From an uncultured Chloroflexia bacterium (GTDB taxonomy: Bacteria > Chloroflexota > Limnocylindria > Limnocylindrales > CSP1-4), in assembly GCA_963713975.1 (NCBI GenBank), contig OY970218.1:672001-736000 (forward strand): 64,000 nt of DNA. Reading direction: 5' to 3'. Numbering within the stretch: position 1 is the stretch's first letter; every line of letters starts with the position of its first letter. Made by a program: the position numbers and the translations under genes. Under the pieces are notes generated by a model. It was given only the letters and a program-made list of their open reading frames with translations, did no database searches and was not told the origin of the DNA. Below are positions 18,243-27,828 of the stretch, in pieces.

Positions 18243-20600
18243 ATGAACCACCAGCCGCGACCGGCAAGCCGAAGGGCCGGGCCCCTGTTCGGCGTGCTCC
18301 TCGTCATCGCGGGCGCGGTGGGAGCGCTGACCCCCGCCGTGCCGACCGCACGTGCCCAGGATCCCACGCCCGCGCCCGCGGTCGACCCGACGCCGGAGCC
18401 CACAGCTGAGCCCACGGCGGTGCCGACCCCCGAGCCCACCGCGGAACCGACGGCGGAACCGACACCCGAACCCACCGTGGGACCAACCGCCGAACCATCC
18501 GCGGGGCCGACGACCGAGCCATCCGGAGACCCCCAGCCGTCCGAGGAACCGTCAGGTGACCCCGTGCCGTCGGTTGAACCCTCGGTGGAGCCGTCCGTCG
18601 AGCCTTCGGTAGAGCCCTCCGCGGAACCGTCCGCGACTCCCGGGCCCGCTTCGCCGCGGGTTGAGCATGCCTGGGTCGATACCGTCGATCAGGCCGGCGC
18701 CGTGACCGATCCGGGCACGCTTGACACGCCACTTGAAGGCGCGCAGCGCTTCACCGTCTACTGGGTCCGGTTCCAGCTCGTGAACGACTCCGACACCGAC
18801 GCCACCATCAAAGCCGTCCTGGAGCTCTCCGGTGGCTCCGGCGCGTGGACGAACCTGCCGATGGTCGACCCGGATCCCGGCACGGCCTTCTATGGCGCCT
18901 CCGACGACGGCCGCGTCTACGATCCTCGCCGGGCGCCGATCAGCGTCACGGATCTTCGCCTGGACCAGACCGCAGACCCGCTTGCAGCTCCCGTGCAGGG
19001 CGAGTCAAGCGCCGGACGGGATCTCACGGCCATCGAGCTGCCGGCCCACAGCTTCACCGAGGTCGAGCTTGCCGTTCGGGCCACCGCGGACGCGGACTGG
19101 GGGACGGGGTACCGGTTCCGCCTCGCCGATGGCTCCGCGCCGCTTCCAGGGGTCAATGCCGAGCTCGTCATGGGCGCCAAGCCCGCCCTCGAGCTGTCAC
19201 CCGGCCAGCGCAAGGGCAAGCCCGTGGCTGATCCGGTCCCGCTCTACAAGCTCGACCCCACGATCGGCCTGACCGACATGCCCATCGCCACGGGCACGGG
19301 CACCGCCATCACGGCGACCTATGCCCTGCGCACGCCGGTGGCGGCCGTCGCCACCGAGGGCTCACCGCACGTCATCTCGGGGCTGGCGTCCGACACGTGC
19401 GCCTCCTGCCATGCGACCCACGATGCGCAGGGATCCATGCTGCTCCAGCAACCCGGCACGCAGTCATCGACGTGCTTCACCTGCCATGACGGCACGGGTG
19501 CACTGAGCGACGTCCAGAGCGAATGGTCCAGTTCGTCGCTGCCGGCGAACGACCCCACGACGTCGTCCTACTACTCCCATCCGGCTACGACACCCTCGGA
19601 CCACACGTCGGCCCAGGCCAACGAGTTCGAGGGCACCTTCAACCGGCACACCGCCTGTGCGGATTGCCACCAGCCGCATCTCGCCGACGCGGGACGGCCC
19701 GTGAACAGCGTCGGCGGCTGGTCGGCCTCGGGCTCCATCGCCGGCGCGTCCGGCGTCGCGGTGGTCAACGGCGCCGCCGGCGAGGCACCTGCCTACACGC
19801 TCCAGCAGACCTCGGACTTCGAGTACCAGCTCTGCTACAAGTGCCACTCGGGCTTCACGGAGCTGCCCGCACAGGACCCCGCCCACCCGAGCCGCTGGTC
19901 GCTCGACAAGGGCATCGAGCTGAACCCGGCCAACGTCTCGTATCACCCGATCGAGGCCGCGGGCAAGAACCAGACGAACGCGATGACCCTGAGCCTCGCC
20001 GGCACGTCCCCCTACAAGCTGTGGAACTTCGAGACCCAGGACACGGTCCGCTGCCAGAACTGCCACGGTGATCCCTCGGCGACAACCCAGGTCCCCAAGC
20101 CGGCCGCGAACGCGAGCCTGGACAATCACGCTTCCGAGAACCGCGGAATCCTGATCGCCCCGTACAAGGACCGGACCCTCAATGCTCGGGGGCTGTACCA
20201 GGCCCAGAACTTTGCCCTCTGCTACGTCTGCCATGCCGAGGCGGCGATGGTGGACGACAGCGCCGATCCGCGTGCCGACTCGAACTTCAACTGGCACGGC
20301 TACCACATGAACAACATCTCCGGCAACGGGCTCGGCGGCCTGGACATCGACGTCCCCGGCGCCGGACCCGGCAATGCCACCTGTGCCGAGTGCCACTTCC
20401 GGACCCACAGCTCCGCGCTCGCAGTCAACGGCCAGACGCCACAGCCGGGACTGGTCAACTTCGCGCCAAACGTCCAGAAGCTGGGCGGCGTCCTGGAGTT
20501 CGTGCCGGCCACGCCGACCACCCTCGGGTCCTGCACGATGGTCTGCCACGGCAAGGCCCACAACAACTACGGCTACGGGAACGACGACCTGGTGCCCTGA
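18243..20600 (+). CDS. Secreted octaheme c-type cytochrome with Pro/Thr/Glu-rich stalk
   Basis: Signal peptide, EPTA/EPSV repeats, seven CxxCH plus terminal CxxxCH (CTMVCH). Confidence 0.88.
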   Translation: MNHQPRPASRRAGPLFGVLLVIAGAVGALTPAVPTARAQDPTPAPAVDPTPEPTAEPTAVPTPEPTAEPTAEPTPEPTVGPTAEPSAGPTTEPSGDPQPSEEPSGDPVPSVEPSVEPSVEPSVEPSAEPSATPGPASPRVEHAWVDTVDQAGAVTDPGTLDTPLEGAQRFTVYWVRFQLVNDSDTDATIKAVLELSGGSGAWTNLPMVDPDPGTAFYGASDDGRVYDPRRAPISVTDLRLDQTADPLAAPVQGESSAGRDLTAIELPAHSFTEVELAVRATADADWGTGYRFRLADGSAPLPGVNAELVMGAKPALELSPGQRKGKPVADPVPLYKLDPTIGLTDMPIATGTGTAITATYALRTPVAAVATEGSPHVISGLASDTCASCHATHDAQGSMLLQQPGTQSSTCFTCHDGTGALSDVQSEWSSSSLPANDPTTSSYYSHPATTPSDHTSAQANEFEGTFNRHTACADCHQPHLADAGRPVNSVGGWSASGSIAGASGVAVVNGAAGEAPAYTLQQTSDFEYQLCYKCHSGFTELPAQDPAHPSRWSLDKGIELNPANVSYHPIEAAGKNQTNAMTLSLAGTSPYKLWNFETQDTVRCQNCHGDPSATTQVPKPAANASLDNHASENRGILIAPYKDRTLNARGLYQAQNFALCYVCHAEAAMVDDSADPRADSNFNWHGYHMNNISGNGLGGLDIDVPGAGPGNATCAECHFRTHSSALAVNGQTPQPGLVNFAPNVQKLGGVLEFVPATPTTLGSCTMVCHGKAHNNYGYGNDDLVP

Positions 20601-20635
20601 GCCCCTGACGGCATCGCGCAGCCCTCGGACGCCAG

Positions 20636-20663
20636 ACCCCCTGTATCGAGCGATACAGGGGGT
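20636..20663. promoter_or_regulatory. Perfect 13-bp inverted repeat ACCCCCTGTATCG-AG-CGATACAGGGGGT (terminator or operator)
   Basis: Read directly; 35 nt after the octaheme stop, no U-tract. Confidence 0.55.
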
Positions 20664-20716
20664 GTCTCGTATCTCCCCCCTCTGGCCCTGCCCGGTCCCG
20701 GCGGAAATGTGCGTCC

Positions 20717-20752
20717 CGACGGATGGGCGGATGGGGGTCCCACCCGGACAAT
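20717..20752 (+). promoter_or_regulatory. Island motif copy 4 (CGACGGATGGG) with -10-like GACAAT 30 nt downstream of motif start
   Basis: Same geometry as the other copies; upstream of the maturation operon. Confidence 0.55.
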
Positions 20753-20860
20753 TCCCTCAGGTGTCAAGCCGCGACCCCTGCGGCTCCAAGATGAGGGATC
20801 CACGATGGTTCGCACCCCTGCGCGCAACGAGGGTTGTGCGCGTCCCCGGGGAGGGCTCGC

Positions 20861-22345
20861 ATGAGCACCCGGACGCCCCGGCCCAAGGGTCAGGCGGCCG
20901 CGGAGACGGAGCTGCTGGCCCAGCTCGGCCTCCCGGCAAGCGCCTCACCCGAGGACGTCGACCAGCTCCACCAGGCCGTGAGCGACTACCTCTCCAGTGC
21001 GCCCCCCGAGATCCGCGGCTGGGCTCGTGCCCAGGTCGCGGCGATCGACGCGGCGTACATCCATTTGACCGACCCGGCTGGACTCGAGGGCTCGGCCCTC
21101 AGGAGTCCGGCGAGTCCGCCCGTGGTCGTACCCGGCGGGCCGGCGACACCTCCGGCCCGTCGGGGCCCCGACTCGGAGGCCACACCTGTGGCCTCCGAGG
21201 AGGCGGTCCGCGCGGACACGGGCGCCGACCCCGGCGCGACCGACCCCCAGGGCGAGCCGGACGCGGAGGACCTCGCGGCCCTCTACGCGATGGTGACGCC
21301 CAGCGCGCATGACGACATGAAGCCCGATGTCAAGCGGGCCAAGGCCGCGCCTGCGCCGCCCCCAGGCCTGGCCACGGATGCCGCCCCGTCCGCCGTGACG
21401 CCGGCCCAGACCGGGCCCAACATGTGGAAGCGGATCGTGATCGGCGGCGTGGGGATCGCAGCGGTGGTCGCCATCGCCTTCGGCGCCAACGCCATCGTCA
21501 ACGGCACGCCGGCGGACGCCAACCCGGGCACCGAAGGCGCAGCCCAGGCATCGCCGACGCCCCCGGCAATCGACGAGGCCAAGGTCGCGGACCTGATGGC
21601 CAAGTTCCAGGCCGATCCGAACGACGCCGTGACGCTCCTCGCCCTCGCCGACGAGTTCTATGCGGGCGGGGAGTACGAGACGTCCGGGACGTGGCTGGAC
21701 AGGCTCCTGGCCCTCAAGCCGGACGACATCCAGGGCCTGCTCGCACGCGGCGCCGTGTACTTCAACCTCAACGACCTGCCCAACGCCGAGGCGACGTGGA
21801 AGAAGGTCGCCGTCCTGGAGCCCGACAACGTCGAGGTCCACTACGACCTGGGCTTCCTCTACCTGAACCAGGCCGAGCCCGACTGGACCGGTGTCCAGGC
21901 AGAGTGGCTCCAGGTCATCGAGCTCGACCCGGGCTCGCAGCTGGCCCAGACCGTGCGATCGCATCTGGACTCGCTGGCCCAGAACTCCCTGGTACCGGAC
22001 CTGCCCGACGCCAGCGGCACCGCGCCGTCGGCCGCCCCGGCAGCCTCGCCCTCCGCGTCACCTGCGGCGAACGTGCTCAACCAGACGGCGCTCAACCTCG
22101 CCTACGGCACGCCACAGCTGTCCGCTCCGGCTGACACGCCGCTGACCATCCGCTTCGACAACCAGGACAGCCTCCCGCACGACATCGTGATCAAGGACGC
22201 ATCCGGCGCCGAGGTCTTCACGGGCGTCCTGATCACGGGCCCCAAGGCCATCGACTACGCGGTCCCGGCGCTGAAGGCCGGTGCCTACACGTTCCTCTGC
22301 TCGATCCACCCGAACATGACGGGCACCCTGACGGTGGGTGGCTGA
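20861..22345 (+). CDS. J-like domain - TM - TPR - cupredoxin fusion protein
   Basis: LGLPASASPEDV...IDAAYIHLTDP; TM; TPRs; C-terminal PHDIVI...YTFLCSIHPNM type-1 Cu ligands. Confidence 0.8.
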   Translation: MSTRTPRPKGQAAAETELLAQLGLPASASPEDVDQLHQAVSDYLSSAPPEIRGWARAQVAAIDAAYIHLTDPAGLEGSALRSPASPPVVVPGGPATPPARRGPDSEATPVASEEAVRADTGADPGATDPQGEPDAEDLAALYAMVTPSAHDDMKPDVKRAKAAPAPPPGLATDAAPSAVTPAQTGPNMWKRIVIGGVGIAAVVAIAFGANAIVNGTPADANPGTEGAAQASPTPPAIDEAKVADLMAKFQADPNDAVTLLALADEFYAGGEYETSGTWLDRLLALKPDDIQGLLARGAVYFNLNDLPNAEATWKKVAVLEPDNVEVHYDLGFLYLNQAEPDWTGVQAEWLQVIELDPGSQLAQTVRSHLDSLAQNSLVPDLPDASGTAPSAAPAASPSASPAANVLNQTALNLAYGTPQLSAPADTPLTIRFDNQDSLPHDIVIKDASGAEVFTGVLITGPKAIDYAVPALKAGAYTFLCSIHPNMTGTLTVGG

Positions 22346-23117
22346 CGCCATGATCGAGCTCGGAAGCGCGCTCGGCATCGGGATCGCCTTCATGGGCGGC
22401 CTGCTGTCGTTCGCCTCCCCCTGCTGCCTGCCGCTGGTGCCGGCATACATCTCCTACATGGTGGGCGCGACCGGTGAGGGCACCGCCGGTCGTCGCCCGG
22501 CCTTCCTGCACGGGCTCGCCTTCGTCGCCGGCTTCTCGCTCGTGTTCGTGGCCTTCTACGCCGCGATCGGCGTGCTGGGCACGTTCATCGATCGCCGGGT
22601 GATGACCATGCTCGGCGGTGCGCTGCTGGTCTTCATGGGCCTCCAGGTCGCCGGCGTCATCAACATCCGGGCGCTGTGGCGGGACACCCGCTCGATGCCG
22701 ACCATCGGCGGCGGCCTGGTCATGGCCGGCGGCACGGGCCCGATGGGCTCCCTCGCCGGGAGCGCGGGATCCGATACCCCCCGCTACCCGCGCTCGTTCA
22801 TCTTCGGCCTGCTGTTCGCCGCGGGCTGGAGCCCGTGCATCGGTCCGATTCTCGGCGGCATCCTGGGCCTGGCCACCGTGACCTCGAGCGTCGCGCAGGG
22901 CACGGTCCTGCTGATCGCCTACGCGGCCGGGCTCGCCATCCCCTTCCTCGCGGTGGCGCTCGGCGCCTCGTGGGTGTCCCAGCGGCTGACCTGGGTTGGC
23001 CGCCACCACCACGCCATCTCCCTGGTCACGGGCGGGTTGCTCGTGCTCCTGGGCGTGCTGATGCTCACCAACACACTCGGACGGCTGGCCGCGCTCGGCA
23101 CGCCGTTCGGGATCTGA
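22338..23117 (+). CDS. ccdA: Cytochrome c biogenesis thiol-redox membrane protein
   Basis: LSFASPCCLPLVPAY and GWSPCIGPILG. Confidence 0.93.
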   Translation: MADAMIELGSALGIGIAFMGGLLSFASPCCLPLVPAYISYMVGATGEGTAGRRPAFLHGLAFVAGFSLVFVAFYAAIGVLGTFIDRRVMTMLGGALLVFMGLQVAGVINIRALWRDTRSMPTIGGGLVMAGGTGPMGSLAGSAGSDTPRYPRSFIFGLLFAAGWSPCIGPILGGILGLATVTSSVAQGTVLLIAYAAGLAIPFLAVALGASWVSQRLTWVGRHHHAISLVTGGLLVLLGVLMLTNTLGRLAALGTPFGI

Positions 23118-23131
23118 GGAGGTCGCCTGAC

Positions 23132-24604
23132 ATGACCCACGAGGTCAACAGCCGGCCGCTCCCCCCGGCTGGCGCCAATGCCCCGGGCACGGCGGCCCAC
23201 CCTTCCGCCATGGATCGGGTCGACGGCGGACTGGAAGGGCTCTGGCACTTCCTGACGTCCATGCGCGTGGCGATGATCCTGATGCTCGCCATCGCCGCCC
23301 TGGGCGTGTTCGGATCCCTGTTGATCCAGGCTCCGTCGGCCGTCCTGACCGATGCCGCGGCCAAGGCCGAGTGGATTGACAGCGTCCGGCCCCGCTACGG
23401 CGGCTGGACCAACATCCTGGACACCCTCCAGCTGTTCGAGGTCTTCAACTCGATCCTGTTCCGGATCCTGGTCGCGGCACTGACGATCAGCCTGATCGCC
23501 TGCTCCATCCACCGGATCCCGGGGATCGTGCGCACGACCAGGAAGCCCCGTGTGGACGTGGGGCCGGCGTTCTTCGAGCACGCGCCACAGCACGAGGCCA
23601 TCGTGGTCCGGCGCTCCGCCGCCGAGACCCGGTCCATCGTGGAGGGCGTGCTGAAGGCTCACCGCTACCGGACGCTGATGGTCGATGACGGGACGGTCCA
23701 CCTGTACGCGGACCGCTTCCGCTGGGCGCCCGTCGCGGGTCTCGTGGGCCACCTCTCGCTGGTGGTGATCCTGGCCGGCGCGATCATCGGCGGGATGTTC
23801 GGCTATCGCGACTCCGAGTTCACGCTGGCCGAGGGGCAAACGCTGCCGGTCGCTGCCGACCCGGGCCTCACGATCGAGCTCATCGATTTCACCGACAAGT
23901 ACGACACCACCAGCGGCGCTCCCATCGACTACGCCAGCCAGGTGATCCTGTTCAAGGACGGCCAGGAGATCGACCGCCACACGATCCGGGTCAATGACCC
24001 GCTGCGCTACAACGGGACGACCTTCTACCAGGCCTTCTTCGGTGCCGCCGTGACGATGACCGTCGCGGACGCCGCGGGCAACGTGCTGGTGCAGTCCGAG
24101 GGCGTCCCGCTCTCCTGGCGCACCAACGATGAGAACCGGCCGATCGGCTCGTTCGCCATCCCGGGCACCACCTACGTAGGCTGGGTGAGCGGAACCATGG
24201 GCGGTGGCGACACCACGGTCAAGCCCGGCCAGGCGGCCGTCGCCCTGTACACGTCCGGCGAGGGCACGCTCGTGGCCGACACGGTCCTCGACCAGGGCAA
24301 GCCCGCCACCGTCGGCGACCTCACGGTCACCTTCGAGCGCGAAAGCCAGTTCACCGGCCTGAACGTCGCTCGGGACCCGGGCGTCATGATCGTCTGGGTC
24401 GGCGCCATCATGCTGTTCTTCGGCTTCCTGATCCGGTTCACCGTCCCGCACAAGCGGATCTGGGGCCGCATCGTCGCCCGACCCAACGGCGGCACGGTGC
24501 TGGGCATGGCGACGCTCACCCAGAAGGACGTCACCAAGGGAACCGATTTCGAGAACCTTGTCAACGACATCCGCACGGCGCTCCAGGCGCCTGCGCAGGC
24601 CTGA
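23132..24604 (+). CDS. resB: Cytochrome c biogenesis protein ResB/CcsB (System II)
   Basis: FLTSMR.A..L, LIACSIHR, GHLSL, IRVNDPL.Y.G..FYQ, RDPG. Confidence 0.92.
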   Translation: MTHEVNSRPLPPAGANAPGTAAHPSAMDRVDGGLEGLWHFLTSMRVAMILMLAIAALGVFGSLLIQAPSAVLTDAAAKAEWIDSVRPRYGGWTNILDTLQLFEVFNSILFRILVAALTISLIACSIHRIPGIVRTTRKPRVDVGPAFFEHAPQHEAIVVRRSAAETRSIVEGVLKAHRYRTLMVDDGTVHLYADRFRWAPVAGLVGHLSLVVILAGAIIGGMFGYRDSEFTLAEGQTLPVAADPGLTIELIDFTDKYDTTSGAPIDYASQVILFKDGQEIDRHTIRVNDPLRYNGTTFYQAFFGAAVTMTVADAAGNVLVQSEGVPLSWRTNDENRPIGSFAIPGTTYVGWVSGTMGGGDTTVKPGQAAVALYTSGEGTLVADTVLDQGKPATVGDLTVTFERESQFTGLNVARDPGVMIVWVGAIMLFFGFLIRFTVPHKRIWGRIVARPNGGTVLGMATLTQKDVTKGTDFENLVNDIRTALQAPAQA

Positions 24605-24617
24605 GGGAGGTCCCACC

Positions 24618-25499
24618 ATGGGCAAGCTTTCGGAGTACATGTTCGTCGCGTCGATCCTGGCCACCGCGCTGGCCATCCTGTTCTACGTGCTGTATGCCCT
24701 CTCGGGGCTCCGCGCCGCACGGATGCAGACGGCGGGCATGCCGGCCACGAGCAGCGTGGGCATGATCTCCGGCCCGCGCACCGCCGCCATGGGCCGCTAC
24801 GCCACGATGCTCACGTGGCTGGCAACCCTGGCCCTGCTCGCGAGCCTGGTGCTGCGCACCATCGTGACCGGCCACGGTCCGTTCGCCAACATGTACGAGT
24901 TCTCGATGGCGTTCGCCTTCGGGATCCTGGTCGCCTACCTCTACTTCGAGCGGAAGTACCACCAGCGCGTCCTGGCGCTTGTCGCCCTGCCGGTCGCCCT
25001 CGGCATGCTGCTGTACGCCTCCACCATCCCGTCCGACATCGAGCCTCTGGTCCCGGCGCTCCAGAACAACCTCCTGCTCACCGTCCACGTCGCCACCGCG
25101 ATCGTCGCCTACGGCTCGTTCGCGATCGCATTCGCTGCCTCGGTGCTCTACCTGGCCCAGCCCGAGGGCGGCCGCTGGGGCCTGCCCAAGCCGCAGGTGC
25201 TCGACGAGATCGGGTATCGCGCGGTGGTCGTGGGCTTCCCCTTCCTGACCCTCACGATCATCCTGGGCGCCGTCTGGGCCGAGACCGCGTGGGGCCGGTA
25301 CTGGAGCTGGGACCCCAAGGAGACTGCCTCCCTCGTGACCTGGCTGATCTACGGGGCCTACCTCCACGCCCGCGTGATGCGCGGCTGGCGCGGCCGGCGC
25401 GCTGCGGTCCTTCTCGTGGTGGGCTTCGGGGCCACGCTGTTCACCTACTTCGGCAACCTCATCTTCGGCGGGCTCCACAGCTACTCCGGCCTGGGCTGA
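24618..25499 (+). CDS. resC: Cytochrome c synthase ResC/CcsA (System II)
   Basis: PFANMYE, LVPALQ..LL.VHV, WGRYWSWDPKET (WWD domain), GLHSY. Confidence 0.95.
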   Translation: MGKLSEYMFVASILATALAILFYVLYALSGLRAARMQTAGMPATSSVGMISGPRTAAMGRYATMLTWLATLALLASLVLRTIVTGHGPFANMYEFSMAFAFGILVAYLYFERKYHQRVLALVALPVALGMLLYASTIPSDIEPLVPALQNNLLLTVHVATAIVAYGSFAIAFAASVLYLAQPEGGRWGLPKPQVLDEIGYRAVVVGFPFLTLTIILGAVWAETAWGRYWSWDPKETASLVTWLIYGAYLHARVMRGWRGRRAAVLLVVGFGATLFTYFGNLIFGGLHSYSGLG

Positions 25500-25526
25500 G
25501 CCGGACCTGCGAAGGGGATTGACCGC

Positions 25527-26114
25527 ATGAGCGCAGCAGGCTCCGCCGGCCGCATCGCCGGCCGCCTCCAGACGATCCTCGTGATCGCCGTGGCGGCGGT
25601 GGTGATCGGCATCCTGGCCTTCTCGGCAAGCGGCGCCGGGATCTCCGACGGCGTCACGAAGGTGGAGCTCCCTGCCAACGCGGCCGCGTCGGCCCCGGTG
25701 GTCGGCTCCGTCCCGCCAAGCTTCAGCGGGGTCACGTCGGACGGATCGCCCGTGTCGCTCGCCGACTATGCGGGCAAGCCGGTCTGGCTGACCTTCGGCG
25801 CGTCGTGGTGCCCGGACTGCCGGACCGAGGCACCCGACATCGAGGCCGTCTACCAGGCCAACAAGGACCAGGGCCTGGCGGTTCTCGGGGTGTTCATCAG
25901 CGAGCCCGCCTCGGACATCGCCGGGTACGCGCAGCGGGCCGGGCTCACGTTCCCCATCACGGTTGACGAGAATGAGGCCATCGCGGCGGCTTACCGGACG
26001 ATGGGCGTCCCGACCCACTTCTTCATCGCCGCCGACGGGACGATCCGCGAGGTGCGGATCGGAGCGCTGTCCAAGGACGACATGGCGCGCTCCGTCGCAG
26101 CCATCATGAACTGA
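25527..26114 (+). CDS. resA: ResA/TlpA-family thiol-disulfide oxidoreductase
   Basis: TM anchor; ASWCPDCRTEAP; GVPTHFFI. Confidence 0.88.
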   Translation: MSAAGSAGRIAGRLQTILVIAVAAVVIGILAFSASGAGISDGVTKVELPANAAASAPVVGSVPPSFSGVTSDGSPVSLADYAGKPVWLTFGASWCPDCRTEAPDIEAVYQANKDQGLAVLGVFISEPASDIAGYAQRAGLTFPITVDENEAIAAAYRTMGVPTHFFIAADGTIREVRIGALSKDDMARSVAAIMN

Positions 26115-26121
26115 GGGATCG

Positions 26122-27828
26122 ATGAGCGACCTCGAGGACACCCGCACCGGGCCGGCCGACAGGCCGGCGGTGGAGGCTGGGTCGGAGGTCGCGGCGGACG
26201 AGGTCGCAGAGAGCGTCGCAGGGACGGCAGAGGCCGTGGCGGACGAGGAGCCTCCGGCCCCACGCCACCGCCATCCGTTCTACCTGCGTGGCCGCCACAT
26301 CCGCCTGCCGCGCTCGCGCACCGGGGTGCTCGCGCTGATCCTGGTGCTCGTGGCTGGCGGCAGCGTGGCGGCCTTCACGGGCGTGTCGATGATCACGTGG
26401 ACGGAGACCGCCGACTTCTGCGGCCGGTGTCACACCATGGCCCCGGAGCTCGAGGCCTACCATGCCGGCTCCCACCGCGACGTCTCCTGCGGCGAGTGCC
26501 ACGTGGAGCCGGGCATCGCGGGCTGGGTCAAGGCCAAGCTGGCCGGGACGCGGCAGCTGGTGGGCGTGGTCACCGGGAACTACCCGACGCCGATCCATCC
26601 CCCTGACCACGCCGAGCTCCCGAAGGCCGCCGACACCTGCCAGAAATGCCACTCGCTCAACGACCGGTCGTTCGCGGCCGTGCGCACCCAGCAGCAGTTC
26701 GCGGAGGACGAGGCCAATACGCGGGAGGCGGTCGGCCTCATGATCCGGCCGGGAGGCGGCGACCCCTTCGCCGTGGACCGGAGCGTGCACTGGCACGTCC
26801 TCTCTGACTTCGACTACCTCTCGCCGGACACGAACTCGGCGGTCATCGACTACGTGACGGCCACCCGCGAGGACGGCACGGTCGTGGAGTACATCGCCAG
26901 CGACAAGATCACGATCTCCGACAACGTCCAGCCGGACATCGACGCGATCAAGGCCACGGAGCGGGACGTCAAGCTCACCTGCTACGACTGCCACAACCGC
27001 GTGGGCCACGACATCGCCAACCCGCGGACGCAACTGGACTACAACCTGTCCACCGGCGTCATCGATCCCTCGCTGCCGTACATCAAGCGCGAGGGCATGC
27101 GGATCCTCTGGGACAGCTTCCCGGACGAGGCCGCCGCGGACGCCGCCGCGGACGAGCTGGATGGCTTCTACAAGCTCAACTTCCCCGAGGTGCATGCGAC
27201 GAAGGGCGCCCAGATCGCCGGCGCGATCGACGAGATCAAGCTGCTCTACCGCCACTCGGCCACGCCCGAGATGAACGTGACGGCGGGGACCTATCCCAAC
27301 CATATCGGGCACCTGGATTCGCCGGGCTGCTTCCGCTGCCACGACGGCGGTCACTACAAGGTCGAGGATGGCGTTGCCACGACGGAGGTCATCCCGTCCA
27401 CCTGCAACACCTGCCACACGTTCCCGCAGATCGGACCGGCGGTCGCCACCGTGCCGCTGGGCGAGCCGCCGAGCACGCACACGAATGACTCGCTGTGGGT
27501 GTTCAACCACAAGGACGTCGCCACGAGCCGGGATCCCGGCGAGCAGTCCTGCGGCGAGTGCCACGCACGCGACTACTGCGTGAACTGCCACGCCACGGGC
27601 GCAGTGAACGTGGAGCACGATGCGATGGCGACGAACCATGCACAGGTCGTTCGCGATGCGGGCATCCAGTCCTGCGCGTACTGCCACCAGCCGGTGTCCT
27701 GCGCCCGGTGCCATGCCGAACCCGTCCTCCCCGTGACCACGCCCAACTCCCACGGGACGGCCACCGAGGGGTATACGGTCCCGGGCCGGTCTCTGGGCCT
27801 TTCCTGGCCCCTGTCGCCGGGCGGCTGA
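26122..27828 (+). CDS. Membrane-anchored decaheme cytochrome c with NapC/NirT-type N-terminus (putative quinol dehydrogenase)
   Basis: TM then TETADFCGRCHTM...SH..VSCGECH...KAKLAG; ten CxxCH motifs. Confidence 0.88.
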   Translation: MSDLEDTRTGPADRPAVEAGSEVAADEVAESVAGTAEAVADEEPPAPRHRHPFYLRGRHIRLPRSRTGVLALILVLVAGGSVAAFTGVSMITWTETADFCGRCHTMAPELEAYHAGSHRDVSCGECHVEPGIAGWVKAKLAGTRQLVGVVTGNYPTPIHPPDHAELPKAADTCQKCHSLNDRSFAAVRTQQQFAEDEANTREAVGLMIRPGGGDPFAVDRSVHWHVLSDFDYLSPDTNSAVIDYVTATREDGTVVEYIASDKITISDNVQPDIDAIKATERDVKLTCYDCHNRVGHDIANPRTQLDYNLSTGVIDPSLPYIKREGMRILWDSFPDEAAADAAADELDGFYKLNFPEVHATKGAQIAGAIDEIKLLYRHSATPEMNVTAGTYPNHIGHLDSPGCFRCHDGGHYKVEDGVATTEVIPSTCNTCHTFPQIGPAVATVPLGEPPSTHTNDSLWVFNHKDVATSRDPGEQSCGECHARDYCVNCHATGAVNVEHDAMATNHAQVVRDAGIQSCAYCHQPVSCARCHAEPVLPVTTPNSHGTATEGYTVPGRSLGLSWPLSPGG

